A DNA stretch of 4,335 nt from the IMG/VR virus record IMGVR_UViG_3300011952_000033. One strand, 5' to 3'. A program made the position numbers and the translations under genes. The notes below the pieces were generated by a model. The model made no database searches. It was not told the origin of the DNA and saw nothing but the letters and a program-made list of their open reading frames with translations. Each line of letters opens with the position of its first letter. Position 1 is the stretch's first letter. Shown piece by piece: positions 1 through 4,335 of this stretch. The stretch is from a virus (taxonomy: Duplodnaviria > Heunggongvirae > Uroviricota > Caudoviricetes).

Positions 1-60
1 TATTGGATCAATGAGTGAGTCAACATAATATTAAACTCACAATTATAAATCAGCCATATA

Positions 61-1518
61 TTAGGAGCGCCAAAAAAAACCTGAAAACAATATAATAACA
101 GGATAAATTTCAAGGCGACCAAGAATCATAGCTATGCACATTAAACATTTTGCAATGTCATTAAGCACTCCGAATGACGATGCAGTAGCCCCAAAACCTA
201 ATCCCATATTATTAATACATGCAGCCACTGTTGCAAATGATGTAAGAAAATCATATCCCATACCATTTAACACCAGTATAAAAAACGCCGTGAAGAGAGT
301 ATAAAGAAAAAAGAAACTCCATACAGACCTCATTACACGATCTGTAACTATCTTCCCTCCTACATTTACACTCAACAACGCTCTGGGATGAGAAAGCTGA
401 TTTATCTCGTGTTTGCTTTGTTTGAAAAGTATAAGAAATCGAAGTGACTTAATTCCACCACAAGTTGAACCTATACATCCCCCAAAGAAACTTGACAACA
501 GCAAAAACACTATCGTGTGCGTGGGCCAACTTGCATAATCCTGCGTAGCTAAACCATTATCAGTGAGCATGGAGCTGGCAAGAAAAAACGAATGAATAAA
601 ACTTCCATGCAAGTCATACATACCTATATGCCAGACCTGGAAAGAGGTAACAATGATCACCCCTAAGGCTATTAACAGAAAGAAACGAAGTTCAATATCT
701 CTGATTAAAGGTTTTATCGTTTTCCTGCTAATAACAATATACCAAAGAGTGAAGTTGAAAGCCGATAGCAGGGAAAAAGAACCAGCCACCAGCTCAACCA
801 AATAGTTATTAAAATATCCGATACTCTCGCTATGAGTTGAGAAACCACCAAGCGAAACTGTGGAAATCCCGTGACAAATAGCATCAAACAAAGGCATTCC
901 TGCAAGTCTATAACAGACAATACAAGCAATACCTAATAAAGAATAAGTTATCCACAGTGTCCGTGACGTATCGGCCAGGCGGGGAGTGAGTTTGTCATCC
1001 TTAAATGGCCCCGGCATTTCTGACTGATAAAGCTTTGCACCACCAATACCCAATAATGGCAATACAGCAACCGCCAGAACAATAACTCCTAAACCACCTA
1101 TAAAATTTAACTGTGACCGATAGTACAAATATGCCCGAGGTAATGAACTAACATCATCAATTACAGTTGCTCCTGTTGTTGTTATTCCAGAAACCCCTTC
1201 AAACAGAGCATCAATGAACGTTAAATTAAGTTCTGAGTCAATCCATAAAGGGAATGCACTAATAACAGAAAACAAAATCCAAAACATTACAATTATAATA
1301 AACCCATCACGGGTACGTAATTGAATGCCAGATTTCTTAGTTGTATACCACGCTCCGCCACCAATGCAAAAAAATATAACGAAAGTTATAAAGAAAACGA
1401 ACAGGCTTTTTTCTTTATAAAACAATGCTACAACCATTGGTGGCAACATTGAAAGACTATAGAGCCAAACCAGGAACCCACACATATGAGTAACAACTCT
1501 TACATGAGATGTATTCAT
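61..1518 (-). CDS. trkG: Trk-system potassium uptake protein TrkG (TrkH/KtrB superfamily)
   Basis: Long ORF 61..1536 (track start is TTG). Translation is a polytopic membrane protein with four glycine-containing pore-loop segments typical of TrkH/KtrB (GITTTGATV, STVSLGGFS, LTDNGLATQ, NNMGLGFG). N-terminus from the ATG at 1516-1518 (MNTSHVRVVTHMCGF...) matches my recollection of E. coli Rac-prophage TrkG (485 aa). Alternative TTG start at 1534-1536 is preceded by AAGGTGG (plus 1543-1549). Confidence 0.9.
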   Translation of the reverse strand: MNTSHVRVVTHMCGFLVWLYSLSMLPPMVVALFYKEKSLFVFFITFVIFFCIGGGAWYTTKKSGIQLRTRDGFIIIVMFWILFSVISAFPLWIDSELNLTFIDALFEGVSGITTTGATVIDDVSSLPRAYLYYRSQLNFIGGLGVIVLAVAVLPLLGIGGAKLYQSEMPGPFKDDKLTPRLADTSRTLWITYSLLGIACIVCYRLAGMPLFDAICHGISTVSLGGFSTHSESIGYFNNYLVELVAGSFSLLSAFNFTLWYIVISRKTIKPLIRDIELRFFLLIALGVIIVTSFQVWHIGMYDLHGSFIHSFFLASSMLTDNGLATQDYASWPTHTIVFLLLSSFFGGCIGSTCGGIKSLRFLILFKQSKHEINQLSHPRALLSVNVGGKIVTDRVMRSVWSFFFLYTLFTAFFILVLNGMGYDFLTSFATVAACINNMGLGFGATASSFGVLNDIAKCLMCIAMILGRLEIYPVIILFSGFFWRS

Positions 1519-1655
1519 ATCTAAATATTCTTTCAATTATAACCACCTTGCTGCAATATTATGATTATACTGTATAAAATTTAACTCCTCTTAGATCTTA
1601 CTTCACTGTTCCTTATGAAACAATCATCAAAATGAATCATATTGTAGTTAAGATT

Positions 1656-2120
1656 TTACTTTAAACACTGCTCGGTTATGTATTGCTGAGCACCTTCAAG
1701 TTGGGCCTGCATCATTACCAGTCGTTCCCGGAGGGTGAAATAATCCCGTTCAGCGGTGTCTGCCAGTCGGGGGGAGGCTGCATTATCCACGCCGGAGGCG
1801 GTGGTGGCTTCACGCACTGACTGACAGACTGCTTTGATGTGCAACCGACGACGACCAGCGGCAACATCATCACGCAGAGCATCATTTTCAGCTTTCGCAT
1901 TAGCTAACTCCTTCGTGTATTTTTCATCCAGTGCAGCAACATCACGCTGGCGCATCTGCATGTCAGTAATTGCCGCGTTCGCCAGCTTCAGTTCTCTGGC
2001 ATTTTTGTCGCGCTGGGCTTTGTAGGTAATGGCGTTATCACGGTAATGATTAACAGCCCATGACAGGCAGACGATGATGCAGATAACCAGAGCGGAGATA
2101 ATCGCGGTTACTCTGTTCAT
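1656..2120 (-). CDS. Rz: Rz i-spanin (inner-membrane spanin subunit)
   Basis: ORF 1656..2132 (track start is GTG). From the ATG at 2118-2120 the product ([55 protein letters not shown]...) is near-identical to lambda Rz as recalled: N-terminal TMD plus coiled-coil periplasmic domain. Start overlaps the R stop as ATGA. Stop TAA at 1656-1658. Confidence 0.9.
   Translation of the reverse strand: MNRVTAIISALVICIIVCLSWAVNHYRDNAITYKAQRDKNARELKLANAAITDMQMRQRDVAALDEKYTKELANAKAENDALRDDVAAGRRRLHIKAVCQSVREATTASGVDNAASPRLADTAERDYFTLRERLVMMQAQLEGAQQYITEQCLK
1715..1900 (-). CDS. Rz1: Rz1 o-spanin (outer-membrane lipoprotein spanin subunit), embedded in +1 frame of Rz
   Basis: 61-aa ORF wholly inside Rz in a different frame; ATG at 1898-1900. 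Signal peptide with lipobox ([20 protein letters not shown], then T at +2), proline-rich PPPPP segment. Near-identical to lambda Rz1 as recalled. Confidence 0.9.
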   Translation of the reverse strand: MRKLKMMLCVMMLPLVVVGCTSKQSVSQCVKPPPPPAWIMQPPPDWQTPLNGIISPSGNDW

Positions 2121-2614
2121 TGCTGACCCCACAAACAGATTTCACGCTCAATCTCACGACGAGTCATGAGACCTTTCCATTGCTTACCGCCAGCATATGT
2201 CCAGCGACGTAGCTGATCACATGCGCCTTTGATATCGCCCTGGTTTATTTTGCGAAGAAGCGTCGATGTTCTGAAATTGCCAGCGCCCACGTTGTAAACG
2301 AACGAGTAAAGAGCGCCGCGCGTTGTTTCCGGTATATCGACTTTGATGTACGGGTTAATTTGTCTGGCGACCGTGGCAAGGTCTTTATTCAAGAGTGTTT
2401 TGCATTCTGCTTTGGTATACGTTTTACCGAGCATGATGTCTTTTCCTGTATGCCCGTGACATACAGTCCATACACCAACAATATCTTTGTATGGTATGTA
2501 GCTGACACCTTCCAGACCATCGTTACCACTTGGGCCAGTGATTAACACTGATGCTATAGCAATTGCTCCGCCACCAATAGCAGCAGCAACGACTTTTCGT
2601 AATGATGGAGGCAT
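2117..2614 (-). CDS. R: SAR endolysin (phage-21 R-type lysozyme, GH24 family)
   Basis: 165-aa ORF, ATG at 2612-2614. N-terminal weakly hydrophobic Gly/Ala-rich signal-arrest-release segment ([20 protein letters not shown]) followed by a lysozyme domain ([25 protein letters not shown]...). Essentially matches phage 21 R as recalled. Start overlaps S stop (TAATG). Confidence 0.9.
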   Translation of the reverse strand: MPPSLRKVVAAAIGGGAIAIASVLITGPSGNDGLEGVSYIPYKDIVGVWTVCHGHTGKDIMLGKTYTKAECKTLLNKDLATVARQINPYIKVDIPETTRGALYSFVYNVGAGNFRTSTLLRKINQGDIKGACDQLRRWTYAGGKQWKGLMTRREIEREICLWGQQ

Positions 2615-2829
2615 TATTCACCTCTCGCAGCCTTGCGCTTATCTTCTTTAATCTTGAAATAAAGGTTTGTCAGGTACGTCAGCAGGCCAAATACCAGACT
2701 ACCCAGCACACCGATTGCAGCCCACTGTGACGGAGTTACTCTATCGAGCAACTGTAAAAACCAGTAGCCGGCACTGCCTGCGGAGGTGCCGTAGGCAATG
2801 CCTGTTGAAATTTTGTCCATGGATTTCAT
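2614..2829 (-). CDS. S: Pinholin / antiholin, phage-21 S-type with dual start (71-aa form from Met1 at 2827-2829; 68-aa form from Met4 at 2818-2820)
   Basis: Track ORF 2614..2886 starts at an upstream GTG, but the ATG at 2827-2829 is preceded by GGAGGTGAGG (SD). From there the product is [71 protein letters not shown]: two TMDs and a charged C-terminus, matching phage 21 S (S71/S68 dual-start MKSM motif) as recalled. Stop TAA at 2614-2616. Confidence 0.9.
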   Translation of the reverse strand: MKSMDKISTGIAYGTSAGSAGYWFLQLLDRVTPSQWAAIGVLGSLVFGLLTYLTNLYFKIKEDKRKAARGE

Positions 2830-2928
2830 AGCCTCACCTCCGCACGGAACGGATGGCATAGTTATTATGTGTAGGCTTTCAGACACATCAATCAGAGCCT
2901 TAATTGATATATATGCTGGAGACGATGC

Positions 2929-2955
2929 AATATAAAAAGCTCGCCGTAGCGAGCT
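2929..2955 (-). terminator. Rho-independent terminator between lipoprotein genes and holin
   Basis: On the minus strand: AGCTCGC-TACG-GCGAGCT (perfect 7-bp GC-rich stem, 4-nt loop; plus 2938-2955) immediately followed by TTTTATATT (plus 2929-2937). On the plus strand the hairpin is followed by an A-rich run, so it is oriented for minus-strand transcripts. Confidence 0.6.
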
Positions 2956-3080
2956 AATAAAATGTATTTCTCTGATATTATGTTTATTTGTATTAGCTCA
3001 GACTTGACATCACAGGTTTCGTATATAGAACATCATCAAATCTGTCAGTTTGCTATGAATGAGATATAGTAATTGAAGAG

Positions 3081-3476
3081 CTAACCTCGCATGTCAAAGC
3101 CAGATTTCTGAAAATCTCTGTAGACTTCCGGATTGTTGAAGGCCGGAAATTTGGCTTTATGAGCTGCGGACTTTATCGCTTCGCAATAGGCTTTATCACC
3201 GTTACTGGTAGATATTTTTAACGCCGTGCCATCCTGAGAGAATTCCATATGCAACCTGCATTTTTTCCCTTTCCAGTTATGCGGCTCATCAAGTTTGGCA
3301 TTAATTGCAGCTCTGATTCCCCGCGCTTGCGCCCCCCATTCATCCTGATCATCCCAGCGTCCTGAACTGCAACTACCTGTAGCAGTAGTTTTGTGGCAAT
3401 CTGAAGGGTGTAAAGGTGTGCATCCCGCAACAAAACCGACCCAAAAAGTCAACATAACGATTTTCTTTAATCCCAC
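3081..3476 (-). CDS. Putative outer-membrane lipoprotein with divergent TolA-C-terminal-domain-like region (paralog of the 3627-4055 gene)
   Basis: 131-aa ORF. GTG start at 3474-3476 preceded by GAGGAG at 6-nt spacing (plus 3484-3489). Signal peptide with lipobox MGLKKIVMLTFWVGFVAGC, T at +2. The C-terminal approx. 85 aa (GKKCRLHMEFSQDGTALKISTSNGDKAYCEAIKSAAHKAKFPAFNNPEVYRDFQ) share the motif skeleton and two conserved Cys with the neighbouring gene and with TolA domain III. Stop TAG at 3081-3083. Start codon choice (GTG vs internal ATG at M8) is uncertain. Confidence 0.75.
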   Translation of the reverse strand: MGLKKIVMLTFWVGFVAGCTPLHPSDCHKTTATGSCSSGRWDDQDEWGAQARGIRAAINAKLDEPHNWKGKKCRLHMEFSQDGTALKISTSNGDKAYCEAIKSAAHKAKFPAFNNPEVYRDFQKSGFDMRG

Positions 3477-3626
3477 TTCTTGCTCCTCAATCCATTAAAA
3501 TCTCAGCAATAGTAGTTGTTACGTCCGCCACTGGCTCAGAGCTGACTATCCGCTAAATTTAGCTCAGTGCCGTAGCTGTGTCAGAACAAACCTAAGCCGA
3601 AACCGTTTATTACAAAACAATAAATA

Positions 3627-4055
3627 TCAGGGTTTAAAATCCAGCACCCCATTTTGAAATACTTTATATACTTCCGGCGAAGGGGGGGCAGGTATATCAG
3701 CATTCTTTATCGCATTCATCGCTTCACGACATAAATCGAGGTCTCCACTTTCTCTTTTAACCTCCAGTAGAAGGCCATTCGGGGCCATATGCATTCTCAG
3801 TGTACACTCTTTTCCTGAATACTTACTCGCATCCCCGAACTGTTTTTCGATGGCGCTCTTGATTTGATGGGCATACAGACGGATATCCTCACTAACATCA
3901 GAAGTACGTTCAGATGAACTCACATACTGTGTCTCTATTGCTTTATCGGAGTAATATGATGTACGGTCATGATAATTTGTCGATACAGCATCAGTGCACC
4001 CGATAATAATCCCACTAATAATCAACGTAAGAATTGATGCGCTACGAAAACCCAT
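3627..4055 (-). CDS. Putative outer-membrane lipoprotein with TolA domain III-like C-terminal domain (TolA mimic)
   Basis: 142-aa ORF. ATG at 4053-4055 preceded by GAGGA (plus 4059-4063). Signal peptide with lipobox MGFRSASILTLIISGIIIGC, T at +2, then a Ser/Thr/Tyr-rich acidic linker. C-terminal approx. 83 aa (YAHQIKSAIEKQFGDASKYSGKECTLRMHMAPNGLLLEVKRESGDLDLCREAMNAIKNADIPAPPSPEVYKVFQNGVLDFKP) align without gaps to my recollection of E. coli TolA C-terminus (YAGQIKSAIESKFYDASSYAGKTCTLRIKLAPDGMLLDIKPEGGDPALCQAALAAAKLAKIPKPPSQAVYEVFKNAPLDFKP), roughly 60 percent identical by eye, both Cys conserved. Confidence 0.85.
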   Translation of the reverse strand: MGFRSASILTLIISGIIIGCTDAVSTNYHDRTSYYSDKAIETQYVSSSERTSDVSEDIRLYAHQIKSAIEKQFGDASKYSGKECTLRMHMAPNGLLLEVKRESGDLDLCREAMNAIKNADIPAPPSPEVYKVFQNGVLDFKP

Positions 4056-4084
4056 TTTTCCTCACATATGTCATATAGTAAAGG

Positions 4085-4114
4085 ATTATATATACCGTTG
4101 TTTTGGACGCTCAA
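4085..4114 (-). promoter_or_regulatory. Candidate sigma70 promoter for the lipoprotein pair
   Basis: Minus strand reads TTGAGC (plus 4109-4114), 18-nt spacer, TATAAT (plus 4085-4090); alternatively TATATA with a 16-nt spacer. It sits about 30 nt upstream of the lipoprotein ATG at 4055 in an AT-rich context. Sequence-only prediction. Confidence 0.4.
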
Positions 4115-4172
4115 ACAGCGAATCAGATCAAATAAAACGCACATTTGTTAACATTTACACAAAGTCTGCGTG

Positions 4173-4193
4173 GGATATTCTGAAAGAATATCC
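4173..4193. promoter_or_regulatory. Perfect 9-3-9 inverted repeat GGATATTCT-GAA-AGAATATCC, candidate operator or RNA hairpin
   Basis: Read directly from sequence at 4173-4193. No flanking U-tract on either strand, so not a canonical intrinsic terminator. Lies about 60-85 bp upstream of the candidate -35. Confidence 0.35.
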
Positions 4194-4335
4194 ATAATGT
4201 GGAGAGAATCTATTGAAGTGCATGGTGCCGGGTGCCTCCCGGTGCTCTGGCCGAACTGGCAAACTCCAGAGCGGTGACCTTTAGACTCCGAGCATCGCAC
4301 GATAGTTACGATGCCAGTTCTCCGCGTGCGCTAGC

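Noticed and set aside
12-37. Hairpin GTGAGT...ACTCAC downstream of the trkG stop, as a possible terminator
   Set aside because: The 14-nt loop is AT-rich and there is no U-tract on either strand; weak and not convincing as an intrinsic terminator.
714-929. 71-aa ORF on the minus strand inside trkG
   Set aside because: Entirely nested in a different frame of a well-supported transporter gene, with low-complexity hydrophobic translation and no independent start signals; most likely a frame artifact.
1834-2025. 63-aa plus-strand ORF antisense to Rz/Rz1
   Set aside because: Antisense to two well-supported overlapping genes; Ser/Ala/Arg-rich low-complexity translation typical of the reverse frame of coding DNA; no SD.
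2360-2545. 61-aa plus-strand ORF antisense to the endolysin gene
   Set aside because: Antisense to a well-supported gene with no ribosome-binding site; chance ORF.
3004-3032. Plus-strand consensus -35 TTGACA with a TATAGA-like -10 at about 14-nt spacing, pointing antisense into lipoprotein gene 1
   Set aside because: Spacer is too short for a canonical sigma70 promoter and no plus-strand gene follows (only a 4-codon ORF). An antisense RNA cannot be excluded but is unsupported.
3218-3433. 71-aa minus-strand ORF overlapping lipoprotein gene 1 in another frame
   Set aside because: Nested out-of-frame in a gene whose own frame has signal peptide, lipobox and conserved domain; Arg-rich translation with no features. 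Unlike Rz1 it has no lipobox or recognisable motif.
4141-4160. ACATTTGTTAACATTT region, as a possible operator or direct repeat
   Set aside because: Only the 8-bp core TGTTAACA is palindromic and the flanks do not extend the symmetry; within chance expectation for AT-rich DNA.
3994-4197. 67-aa plus-strand ORF spanning the lipoprotein-2 start and its promoter region
   Set aside because: Antisense to the lipoprotein 5' end and upstream region; no SD; AT-rich intergenic DNA readily yields such ORFs.
4223-4335. Possible tRNA gene on the minus strand (sequence ends ...CACCCGGCACCA), since lambdoid prophages often carry tRNAs between Q and S
   Set aside because: No cloverleaf can be built: there is no T-arm with a TTCRANY loop, no D-arm, and no 7-bp acceptor pairing. 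It is retained only as an unexplained GC-rich structured region.

Overview
All supported genes are on the minus strand and form the late/lysis end of a lambdoid (phage-21 / Rac-type) prophage of an Escherichia-like host. In transcription order (high to low coordinates): a GC-rich non-coding hairpin cluster (4225-4335); a perfect 9-3-9 palindrome (4173-4193); a sigma70-like promoter (4085-4114); two tandem lipoprotein genes (3627-4055, 3081-3476) whose C-terminal domains resemble host TolA domain III; a strong intrinsic terminator (2929-2955); an apparently intact phage-21-type lysis cassette of pinholin S with dual start (2614-2829), SAR endolysin R (2117-2614) and spanins Rz (1656-2120) with Rz1 embedded (1715-1900); then the AT-rich K+ transporter gene trkG (61-1518). 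The main candidate for something undescribed is the promoter/terminator-bounded pair of TolA-domain-III-like outer-membrane lipoproteins upstream of the holin. I propose it as a possible decoy (superinfection exclusion / colicin tolerance) or Tol-Pal modulating module; this is inference from sequence only. All homology statements rest on recalled reference sequences; no database search was run.
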